From a virus (Duplodnaviria > Caudoviricetes): a stretch of 34,568 nt of DNA. The stretch is taken from positions 1 through 34,568 of IMG/VR virus record IMGVR_UViG_3300033153_012481. The stretch is one strand, 5' to 3'. The notes beneath the pieces were generated by a model that searched no databases, was not told the origin of the DNA, and worked only from the letters and a program-made list of their open reading frames with translations. Shown piece after piece: positions 18,910 through 26,700 of this stretch. The translations under genes were made by a program, and so were the position numbers. Each line of letters begins with the position of its first letter. The stretch's first letter is position 1.

Positions 18910-20502
18910 TTATGGAAGTATTATGTCGTGTCGGTGACCTAAGACTTCACATACAACTCCGTTTTGGATCGGATGGGAATGCCCCTGAACGATGTTTGTA
19001 TTCTGATTTACCTGGGCCAGAGACATGATTCCCTCATTAATCACTATCTCATGGAGATGTGGAGGGATTGATCCAGGCACCATGCCGATTCCGGTATTGA
19101 CGGTCTGCGGCATGAGAGATGTATCGTGAATGACCCTGAACTGATTAATTGGGTCTGTTTTGCGAACTCTGACTGCTGTGAATATCTGTCGTCCATCATT
19201 GTTGCCGAATGTCTTATTTCTGGTAACATTGATGATCTCGTACCTGAACTCAGGGGTTCCGTCCCTATTGTAACCAATAAGAACATCGCCATCCTTAATC
19301 ATTGGGTAAGAGAGAGTCCAGCCATTAACGATGAACTCATTTTCGAGACCCATCTCCTCACGCTTGATATCCTCCTTAGTAGGATCGAAGCGAACAAGGA
19401 TTCTACCGTCAGACCTTCTAGAGTTGAAGAACTGCTCGTATCCAACAACCATGTCAGTGCCATGGTTATCCAGACCTCTGTAGATAGTGTTCTCTTTCTT
19501 GTTATCGTAATGCCTTGACACCTTTCCAGATGTCTGCCTCTTCATGAGAACCATAGGCATGCCGTATGTCTCTAGAAGGATTTCCTCACGCTGGTTCTGG
19601 TGGTCATCGAAGCCTAATCCTCTGATTGGGCCACCCACGCTATCATACCCATCAGCACAATAGTGCTCACCACCAAAATAAGTTCCAATACACTTGCCTC
19701 CAATGTAATCCTCCGGTCTTGTTCTGTGATACCCGGCATAGTCATACTTCTTGAAATTCTCGTTGAGACAATCTGGTATATCTGTGTCTGGGTAAACTAT
19801 GTGATCCTTCTCCTTGTATCCATCACCCGCTACATGAGCGTACTTGTATGGACCAAAATCATTCTCCTCAAGCATTACTGACTTATTGCACTCTTCAAAA
19901 CCCTTATAATGCCTTACAATAGGGTCTCTCTGAACGTAGCCGTCGTAACCATCAACGTTATGCTGCCTAGCCTCAGTACCGAACATACCTCTTTGAGCAG
20001 CAGATGAAATCAGGGATGAATTAACAAAGTCAACAGAAGAGTATCCTATAATCTCTCCGCCTGCTTGAATTAATCCATAGGATGGAAATGTATCTGCATC
20101 CATTATTGGAATCACCGTATCAGTTGCAGAAATGTCCTGAAGCAGCAATCCCTCTGGATAAACAGAGACATTGTTAATCACTGGAAGCTGCATGAGGTTC
20201 ACATCATTGATTGGGAATGATGTTCCACGTACAGCGAAGTAGTAAACATCACCAGGTATTAAGTCTGGTATGTTACCGGTAGTTTGTGTTCCGTTAGATA
20301 CAACGAACTTAATGCCCTCATCAAATACTGACTCTCTATCTGAAGAGTAGTAGATATTATAAGCAACATTGTAGTCAAGACGTTGTGAATATGCCTGATA
20401 CCAATCTATCTTTACAGTATACCCATCGCCAAGAGAAGAAGCTATCTTTATCCCAGCAAATGGTGGATTCGCATATGTGGGAACAGGATTAAAGCAACCC
20501 AT
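18910..20502 (-). CDS. Head-closure/neck protein with N-terminal FN3 domain and C-terminal HxH repeats
   Basis: FN3 pattern VKIDW..YNIYYS..DLIPGDVYYFAVR; closure-like WTLSYPMIKDGDVL..RYEIINVTR; HLH/HSH/HRH tail. Confidence 0.6.
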   Translation of the reverse strand: MGCFNPVPTYANPPFAGIKIASSLGDGYTVKIDWYQAYSQRLDYNVAYNIYYSSDRESVFDEGIKFVVSNGTQTTGNIPDLIPGDVYYFAVRGTSFPINDVNLMQLPVINNVSVYPEGLLLQDISATDTVIPIMDADTFPSYGLIQAGGEIIGYSSVDFVNSSLISSAAQRGMFGTEARQHNVDGYDGYVQRDPIVRHYKGFEECNKSVMLEENDFGPYKYAHVAGDGYKEKDHIVYPDTDIPDCLNENFKKYDYAGYHRTRPEDYIGGKCIGTYFGGEHYCADGYDSVGGPIRGLGFDDHQNQREEILLETYGMPMVLMKRQTSGKVSRHYDNKKENTIYRGLDNHGTDMVVGYEQFFNSRRSDGRILVRFDPTKEDIKREEMGLENEFIVNGWTLSYPMIKDGDVLIGYNRDGTPEFRYEIINVTRNKTFGNNDGRQIFTAVRVRKTDPINQFRVIHDTSLMPQTVNTGIGMVPGSIPPHLHEIVINEGIMSLAQVNQNTNIVQGHSHPIQNGVVCEVLGHRHDIILP

Positions 20503-21045
20503 TTAGGCTCCTAGAAGTTTAATGAGACAATGCCTTCTTTGAGCTACGGTTTCCATTAGCTCCTCTTTCTTGTCTTCGGCCTTTGCTCCGTCATAGTCGT
20601 GATGATCTAAAACCTGCTCAATGTATTTTTCAGCTGTGCTCTCATCGGCAACATCAGCCATATACTCAACCTGGTTTTGAAAGCCCTCAATCTCGAATTC
20701 GTTCTCAAGATACTCTCCATCCTCAGCGCCCTTGGTTGGTTTTGAGCCTGTGGTCTGCTGAAGGAAGTGAGTTATCTCATGCACCATGTAATGATCGTCA
20801 TCATCAAAACCATCCTCTGAATCCAGAAGAGAGATATTGAAGTAGATAATACCATGGTCTGTTCTAGCTGAGACATCTATGTCTGCAAAACACATTGGAA
20901 TCAGGTCAATCTCAGAAATATCCACACCATGGTCCTCAAACATATCCTTCACCACATCGTGGTCTTTGATAAGCTCCCTGACCTTGTTTATCTTTTGGCG
21001 CAGTTTTTTCTGGGGAATTCCAGTTGTTTTAATATCTTCAGCCAT
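20503..21045 (-). CDS. Zinc metallopeptidase-like protein (HExxH)
   Basis: VHEITHFLQ plus downstream EIEGF glutamate ligand; GAGG SD. Confidence 0.7.
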   Translation of the reverse strand: MAEDIKTTGIPQKKLRQKINKVRELIKDHDVVKDMFEDHGVDISEIDLIPMCFADIDVSARTDHGIIYFNISLLDSEDGFDDDDHYMVHEITHFLQQTTGSKPTKGAEDGEYLENEFEIEGFQNQVEYMADVADESTAEKYIEQVLDHHDYDGAKAEDKKEELMETVAQRRHCLIKLLGA

Positions 21046-21115
21046 AAAATTGCCTCTCTAAAGAAGCGAAAATATGCGCTTACTTTTTTGCCTACATTTT
21101 ACCTAATATGAGAAA

Positions 21116-21135
21116 TCCCCGGACGAATCCGGGGA
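21116..21135 (-). terminator. Rho-independent terminator
   Basis: TCCCCGGA-TTCG-TCCGGGGA then TTTCT, 10 nt after the stop of the sulfotransferase-like gene. Confidence 0.75.
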
Positions 21136-21145
21136 CGCTCATTAC

Positions 21146-21793
21146 TTAGCTAATATATCTTGAAAGATACTTGCCAAAAAGGAATGGAGAATTATACATC
21201 ATTATGTCATTCATGTGCAATTTAGCATCTGCAGAGATTGACTCAGGAAATGCTGTAAGGTCAGAGCCAGGATATGTTCTCCTGAAAATTCCCATGCAGC
21301 ATCTATAATTCTGCTCGTAATTATCTATAATAGACTTAGCTAGGTCATCAGACAAATCTAAAAAATTAAATATTTCAATTATAGAATCATCTGGCTCACC
21401 AACCAAATCTTCATAATAAACTAGCATCTTTTCCCCATCCCAATCTTCATATGACTTGAGAACAGACATATACTTATCATAACCCTCATCAAGATATGTC
21501 CTCTGATAAAATGAGTTATCAACCTCATCCTTCACAAAAGACTTCCTGACAAACACATCCCTATAGTTTCTAACAAGAAAAATTGCTTTATTACCAATTC
21601 CCATATCAGAAGCTTCAATTTCACGCTTGGAATGAAGTATAGACTCTTTTCTTAGGTCTACCCCAATAGGGTAGACTTCTCCGATTGGCTTATCTTCAAT
21701 GCCTGGACCGGTAGTTGGTAGCTTGGTGGAATATTCCACCATGTAACGCACCCAGAAATCTCCTGAGTGATTATATGATACAATTAGGTTCAT
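21146..21793 (-). CDS. Sulfotransferase-family protein (degenerate PAPS loop)
   Basis: IVSYNHSGDFW (cf. SYPKSGTTW), IFLVRNYRD, LVYYEDLVGEP; start moved to ATG 21793 with GGAG SD. Confidence 0.7.
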   Translation of the reverse strand: MNLIVSYNHSGDFWVRYMVEYSTKLPTTGPGIEDKPIGEVYPIGVDLRKESILHSKREIEASDMGIGNKAIFLVRNYRDVFVRKSFVKDEVDNSFYQRTYLDEGYDKYMSVLKSYEDWDGEKMLVYYEDLVGEPDDSIIEIFNFLDLSDDLAKSIIDNYEQNYRCCMGIFRRTYPGSDLTAFPESISADAKLHMNDIMMYNSPFLFGKYLSRYIS

Positions 21794-21865
21794 ATCAGCT
21801 CCAGTAGTTAAAGTTGTGGTTAAGTCTTTCAACTTCAAGTGTCTTACTAGAACTTGCGTATTATT

Positions 21866-21877
21866 ATGCTTTTTTAT
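21866..21877 (-). promoter_or_regulatory. Phage promoter motif ATA-N5-RYAT
   Basis: ATA-AAAAA-GCAT upstream of the sulfotransferase-like gene. Confidence 0.6.
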
Positions 21878-21895
21878 GCAGTGATTTGGTCGCCT

Positions 21896-22270
21896 TTAAT
21901 ATTCGTCAGGCTTTACTTTTATTCTTTTAACGGGCTTTAATGTTGAAAGCACCATATGTTCTCTAATAGCAAATTCTTCAGTAGTACATGTAGTAGTCAC
22001 TGATTCCACCTCGGTATCCTCAAACATGAAGTGAACACCTGTACGTACATCCTGAATCCAAAGCGTCTTGCCATTTGGATCATCAGGAGTTCCAAACAGG
22101 TCTTCTAGTGTAACTCCATCGAATACAATTCTCTCAATAGTAGCTACACCACCGCCTTTTACTCTGGCAAATTCAATCTTCTGAATTGCTCCAATAGGTG
22201 TAGCGTCATCACCATAACAGATGAGGACATTGGCTGATGTTGATGTTCCTGGTCTTACATTCTCTGACAT
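21896..22270 (-). CDS. Short divergent paralog of the tail tube protein
   Basis: GTSTSANVLI..IGAIQKI..IERIVFD..EEFAIREHMVL aligns by eye to tube GTAVSTNIIV..VGAIQTL..CTRTRFD..QDFVIAETMNL; AAGGAG SD. Confidence 0.65.
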   Translation of the reverse strand: MSENVRPGTSTSANVLICYGDDATPIGAIQKIEFARVKGGGVATIERIVFDGVTLEDLFGTPDDPNGKTLWIQDVRTGVHFMFEDTEVESVTTTCTTEEFAIREHMVLSTLKPVKRIKVKPDEY

Positions 22271-22289
22271 AATTCTCCTTTGCAGGAGT

Positions 22290-22297
22290 ATATATCA
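22290..22297 (-). promoter_or_regulatory. TGATATAT motif (second promoter class)
   Basis: CTGATATATACT upstream of the SD of the tube paralog. Confidence 0.5.
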
Positions 22298-22304
22298 GTC
22301 TAGT

Positions 22305-23267
22305 CTAGTATATCTGGCGTTGGCGAAGATGTCTAAGCCTTCGGAATTGAGGGGAAGCAGCAAGAGGACGGAGTGTTCCCATACCTATTGGAGATGGCTT
22401 CATGTTGTGCTTGATAAGCTTAACCTTATCCCACCAGTTATCCATTTCCTTCTGGTACTGAGAGTTCAGAAGCTCTGAAACGGTTGGTGGTGTGAAGCCT
22501 AATCCGGCATCTGAAATCTGGAACTCACGACCACGCTCAATCAGTGCCTGAGCAGCTAGAGCCTGATACAATGCACCCTGCACCAATACATCAAAGAATA
22601 ACTCAATGATTGGTGTGTCGTCATAAGTGAACATTGTGAAGTGTGGAACCTCGTTAAACATTGAAAGCGAGTCTGCTAAAAATGTAACAAGCTCATCTGT
22701 AGAGAAGATGTCACAAGTATCATACACAATGTTTCCAAACTCATCACAGGATGGCCTTACGCCTGAGGACTTAAGTCTTCTTCTTAGTGCCTTGAGGAGA
22801 TTGTTAATATTACAGATAGCATTCTGAGAATAGCAGAAACCTGGGTCATCACCTAAGTGCTTATATCCATCAGTGTTAGTAGCTGGAAGCTGTGTGGTAT
22901 TAACCTGAAATGTACCCTCACCTCTTACAGTAAAGCCATCAACAGTTCCTTCCCATACATCACGCCACACACCCATGTCTGGATGCAGCCCGAGTGTAAA
23001 GTCAAACGAGTACTCACCCTCACCTGTTCTGAAAACGCCCTGAGAGGTTGGCCCTACAACAACTGCACCTGTAGTGTCAATGATTGATACGGATGGAAAT
23101 GTATCCGTATCTCTTGGCTGTCCATCTGGTCCTGTGAAAAGGAATCCAAGACGAACAGTCTCTCCAGGTTTAATCACCAATGAGCGTGGCTTAGTTGGTG
23201 AGAATACTGGATTGATTGTCATTGCGATGCATTCTGGGCACCCTGCTGCGCAACCATTGCAAGCCAT
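22305..23267 (-). CDS. Head-tail adaptor/neck protein with N-terminal Cys cluster and Ig-like domain
   Basis: Helical C-terminal half LLKALRRRL..FSTDELVTFL..LVQGALYQAL typical of adaptors; GAGGT SD. Confidence 0.6.
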   Translation of the reverse strand: MACNGCAAGCPECIAMTINPVFSPTKPRSLVIKPGETVRLGFLFTGPDGQPRDTDTFPSVSIIDTTGAVVVGPTSQGVFRTGEGEYSFDFTLGLHPDMGVWRDVWEGTVDGFTVRGEGTFQVNTTQLPATNTDGYKHLGDDPGFCYSQNAICNINNLLKALRRRLKSSGVRPSCDEFGNIVYDTCDIFSTDELVTFLADSLSMFNEVPHFTMFTYDDTPIIELFFDVLVQGALYQALAAQALIERGREFQISDAGLGFTPPTVSELLNSQYQKEMDNWWDKVKLIKHNMKPSPIGMGTLRPLAASPQFRRLRHLRQRQIY

Positions 23268-23277
23268 AATTACCTCG

Positions 23278-23619
23278 TTATATTGGAGTTGCTGTTGAGT
23301 TTCCGAACGGACGAGCTACATTAATAGTAAACAGCTGCCAAACCGGATTCGAAGTTCCAGGCTGTGTATACATAACAGATGCTGTAAATGTACCGAGAGA
23401 TGTTAGCCCTGGTGGGATAATCATATCATAAACGTAAAGCCCTTCCTCTAGACGAGTCATAGGCTGCGGGAATCCCTGAGCTAAAGAGCGATCTGGGAAA
23501 TAGATGGACATGACCTGTGGCACTGCTCCATCTTGGCGTGCCCCATACCCATCCACAGTCTGCACAAGAAGTGAGACTGTCTGACCTGGATTTGCAAAAA
23601 GTGGAATAGCTTGGCTCAT
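23278..23619 (-). CDS. Small Ig-like virion protein
   Basis: PGQTVSL..TRLEEGLYVYD resembles PGETVRL..FRTGEGEYSFD of the next gene. Confidence 0.55.
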   Translation of the reverse strand: MSQAIPLFANPGQTVSLLVQTVDGYGARQDGAVPQVMSIYFPDRSLAQGFPQPMTRLEEGLYVYDMIIPPGLTSLGTFTASVMYTQPGTSNPVWQLFTINVARPFGNSTATPI

Positions 23620-23625
23620 GCATAT

Positions 23626-23637
23626 ATATTAGAATAT
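23626..23637 (-). promoter_or_regulatory. Phage promoter motif ATA-N5-RYAT (leaderless type)
   Basis: ATA-TTCTA-ATAT, 6 nt before the ATG at 23619; no SD. Confidence 0.6.
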
Positions 23638-23650
23638 GCGGGAGAAGCTT

Positions 23651-24121
23651 TCATTCTTCTGCCAAATCATCCAGGTCTTTTGAAGGGCCAAACTTCTTAT
23701 CTACAGCCAAGGCAGGTTGTCTATCAAGAGATTCTAGGTCTGCTTGCTCAGCAGCATACTGCTCTTCAGACATGCCCATAAACTCATCCTCAACGTCCAG
23801 CTCCTTGAAGTATGGAGCGTCTGTTGACTGCTGTGGATTTCTCAAAGGCTTCAGCATCCTTGGCTTAGCTACTTCCTTGATAAGATTGAGAGCTGCACGC
23901 CTTGGCAGGATCTCTCGAACAGCCAACACATGACGCTTCTTAAAGATCGAACCTGTTTGCATGGACGCTTCAATCTGCTCTTTAGTAAACTGATAATGTT
24001 TAGAGAGGAGGTTTACACGCGCACCTCTCCTGACAGTAATCCTCAGATCACCAACAGAAATATCCCTATCAACTGATGTGTTAATGAGCCAAAGTTCTTT
24101 TTCTTTACTTGGCCTCTTCAT
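23651..24121 (-). CDS. Hypothetical protein (basic N-domain, acidic tail)
   Basis: 156 aa ORF overlapping the csp stop; GAGG SD. Confidence 0.65.
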   Translation of the reverse strand: MKRPSKEKELWLINTSVDRDISVGDLRITVRRGARVNLLSKHYQFTKEQIEASMQTGSIFKKRHVLAVREILPRRAALNLIKEVAKPRMLKPLRNPQQSTDAPYFKELDVEDEFMGMSEEQYAAEQADLESLDRQPALAVDKKFGPSKDLDDLAEE

Positions 24122-24347
24122 CAGACGCCTCTTGGATCACAACAACTTCAACAGCCTTGGGCTGGTTCCTTTTATTGATACCAATTGAAAAAGCAACTTG
24201 CTGACTCTTCTTAAGAGTCTTAAAACCTTCCGACGCAATATCGGACCAATGAACGAACAGATCTTTCTCGTCTGGCCTTTCAATGAAGCCAAAACCCAAT
24301 TTGGCATCAAACCAAACAACTGTTCCTATATATTTTTCGCTTTGCAT
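24105..24347 (-). CDS. Cold-shock domain protein (CspA family)
   Basis: GTVVWFDAKLGFGFI (RNP1), DLFVHWSDI (RNP2), GFKTL..QVAF. Confidence 0.93.
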   Translation of the reverse strand: MQSEKYIGTVVWFDAKLGFGFIERPDEKDLFVHWSDIASEGFKTLKKSQQVAFSIGINKRNQPKAVEVVVIQEASDEEAK

Positions 24348-24400
24348 ACCGTATCACCTAAGTAAGTAAAATCTTTCTTGTTTATTACTCTACCCTAAAA

Positions 24401-24412
24401 ATGCAACAATAT
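24401..24412 (-). promoter_or_regulatory. Phage promoter motif ATA-N5-RYAT
   Basis: ATA-TTGTT-GCAT upstream of the cold-shock gene. Confidence 0.6.
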
Positions 24413-24415
24413 GCC

Positions 24416-24949
24416 TTAGTCTATCTTTCTGAAAGTAGAAATACCTTCTTCTTCCTCAAGACCCTCTTCGGCAGGTATAATCATCTTGCCATCCATTACA
24501 AGAGCCTTTCGATTATGCAATAGTTTATGCACCTCGATACCACCCATGTATGCGATTTGTTGACGCTCATCCTCCGAGGTCGCCTTCTCAAGCATTAAAT
24601 CATACTTATTAAATATGGCATCAATGTCTTGCTGTGGCACGCCTAATGCCAATGCATAACGTGTAATACCTTCACGAGTTTCTTTCTCAGAAGCTCTCTG
24701 CTTGGGCAATTGGTCGAAATAATGCAAAGCGTTTTGCAGCTGTACATGCGCCTTTTCGGACACAGCAATCTTAAACAATAGAGTTCTAATTTCTGGCTCT
24801 GTTAAAGTTGCTGCTTTAGGTATTGATTTTTCGAACTTATCAAATACCTGTCTTAAGATACGCTCTGTTCCTAGGCGCTCAGCCATGTACAGAGTACCGT
24901 ACTTAATCTCTTGAATTCTTTTGTTTAGTCCCTTTGGCTTCTTTCCCAT
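24416..24949 (-). CDS. Hypothetical helical protein
   Basis: 177 aa; AAGGTG SD; start overlaps the 3' end of the HNH gene. Confidence 0.65.
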   Translation of the reverse strand: MGKKPKGLNKRIQEIKYGTLYMAERLGTERILRQVFDKFEKSIPKAATLTEPEIRTLLFKIAVSEKAHVQLQNALHYFDQLPKQRASEKETREGITRYALALGVPQQDIDAIFNKYDLMLEKATSEDERQQIAYMGGIEVHKLLHNRKALVMDGKMIIPAEEGLEEEEGISTFRKID

Positions 24950-25250
24950 CTTTCACCTTTGAAGTATAAGGAGTATAATAAGGTTCAGTTATACCTGATG
25001 TGTTAACTCCGTCTTCTTCATATATAACAGTTCTAGCCATTACAGGGTCAGTTGAAGGGTAAATGCCTATTATCTTAAGGGTTCCATGATGATGTCTTGA
25101 ATGGCAGTTTGCACACAGTACAGCCAGGTTCCAGTAGTTGTCATCACCGCCATCTGCCCTATGAACTACATGATGAATCTCAAGAGCGCCAGCTCTCTTC
25201 TCACCGCAAACTTCACAATGTATCTTTTGAGGCTTTCCAGATCTTATCAC
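24903..25250 (-). CDS. HNH endonuclease
   Basis: CEVC..LEIHHVVHRADGG..NLAVLCANCHSRHH. Confidence 0.9.
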   Translation of the reverse strand: MIRSGKPQKIHCEVCGEKRAGALEIHHVVHRADGGDDNYWNLAVLCANCHSRHHHGTLKIIGIYPSTDPVMARTVIYEEDGVNTSGITEPYYTPYTSKVKDGKEAKGTKQKNSRD

Positions 25251-25600
25251 TTAAGAGCCTCATTCATCTTTCCAAAATCTGATGAGAAATAGTTATCATT
25301 GATCATTTCAACCAAGCTCTTTCTACCATCTGTTGTTGCAATAGCTTTCTTCACTATAGAAGATATTTCAGATAAGTTAGTAACTGGCTTTAGGTTATAC
25401 TTCTTACATGCATTCAGATATGCACGCTTGTTATTTATATCCCTAACCATGTTTACAGGACACTCATAAACATTGCCATCCTCATCTATATACCCCATTC
25501 TTCGGGCAATTGGATTATCGAGAACAGTAAGCTTAGAGCCAATTTTAGTTAGAGAGAATAAGTAGTCCCAAACTGAATCATAATTGGATTTCACAATCAT
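25247..25600 (-). CDS. Hypothetical protein
   Basis: 117 aa; 4-nt start/stop overlaps with both neighbours. Confidence 0.65.
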   Translation of the reverse strand: MIVKSNYDSVWDYLFSLTKIGSKLTVLDNPIARRMGYIDEDGNVYECPVNMVRDINNKRAYLNACKKYNLKPVTNLSEISSIVKKAIATTDGRKSLVEMINDNYFSSDFGKMNEALK

Positions 25601-26682
25601 AACATTTTACCTAGCGTATCAATAAAATATTTAGCATCATCTTTACCGTACTCACCATAATGTGATATTCTTACGAAATCTCGAACTGACCCTCCTCGAC
25701 TTAATATCTTCATAAGAGGAGATGTCCCTGAATGAACAGAGCCACATGCTGAGCCAAGCCCTATGTATATCTTTTTCCATGAGAGCTGCTGCATCAATAT
25801 CTGTGAGTACTGACCCTGTGGCAATCTTGCGAATGTTGTACCCGGAGCCCTTGGACAATCCTTACCAATAATCTCAAACCCAAGCTCTTCAAGTCCTGGC
25901 TCAAGCACTGCCTTGAACTCAACCATCTTCTGCATGCGCTCATCCAAAGTCTCATTCGCATGCTTAAGAGCTGCAGCTGATGCAACAATAGATGGCACAT
26001 CTGGTGTTCCTGGCCTATCTAAGAAGTACCTAGAACCAGTTGAATTAGCTATCCAGTTATCAGTATTTCTCAAGTAAAGAATTCCAACTGATGATGGCCC
26101 TCCAAACTTATGAGAACCAAATACTGCTACATCTAAGTTAGGTATGTCTTTTAATTTAGGCATCTTTATTTTGCCTGGAGTCTGTGACATATCCAGAAAT
26201 AAAGATTTGCACTTAAGCTTAGTTACTGGCTGTATGATACCCATCTCATTTTGCACATGAATAGATATCACAGCTGACTCTTGAGGAATTGGGTACTCTG
26301 TATCAATAAGCCCAGAAGCATTTGTGCTTAATAAGACGCGCTTTGGAATGGATTCCTTAGCTGCCTGCCTCATTGCTGCATGCTCTGTTGGGGACATGTA
26401 AATAGGCCTATCCTCATTCATCTTTGCAAACATCTTCATTCCCCAAGAACAAGCCTCAGTGCATGTAGATGTAAAGATGACCTGAGCTGGGTATTCTGCC
26501 CCAAGCAGATCTGCTATCTCTTTCCTAGCAAGTTCAATAGCCGCTTCAGCCTCCCTTCCAGGAGCCGATGGGGCCAGAGCGTGTCCATGACCAGCAAGAG
26601 ACGAGTTCGTCTCAATAAAGGCGTCCATGGCTGGTCTGCATATTGGTAAGTGGGCATTTGCATCTAGAAATAGTTCAGGCAT
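25597..26682 (-). CDS. Cysteine desulfurase (IscS/NifS group I, PLP-dependent)
   Basis: FLDANA, FTSTCTEA, EH, NEMG, DMSQ, GSHKFGGP (PLP Lys), RPGT, GSACGS (catalytic Cys); likely start ATG 26682. Confidence 0.9.
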   Translation of the reverse strand: MPELFLDANAHLPICRPAMDAFIETNSSLAGHGHALAPSAPGREAEAAIELARKEIADLLGAEYPAQVIFTSTCTEACSWGMKMFAKMNEDRPIYMSPTEHAAMRQAAKESIPKRVLLSTNASGLIDTEYPIPQESAVISIHVQNEMGIIQPVTKLKCKSLFLDMSQTPGKIKMPKLKDIPNLDVAVFGSHKFGGPSSVGILYLRNTDNWIANSTGSRYFLDRPGTPDVPSIVASAAALKHANETLDERMQKMVEFKAVLEPGLEELGFEIIGKDCPRAPGTTFARLPQGQYSQILMQQLSWKKIYIGLGSACGSVHSGTSPLMKILSRGGSVRDFVRISHYGEYGKDDAKYFIDTLGKML

Positions 26683-26689
26683 GCCCTTC

Positions 26690-26698
26690 AATATATCA
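26690..26698 (-). promoter_or_regulatory. Extended -10-like promoter TG-A-TATATT
   Basis: 7 nt before the ATG at 26682; same TGATATAT core as 4756 and 22290. Confidence 0.5.
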
Positions 26699-26700
26699 AC

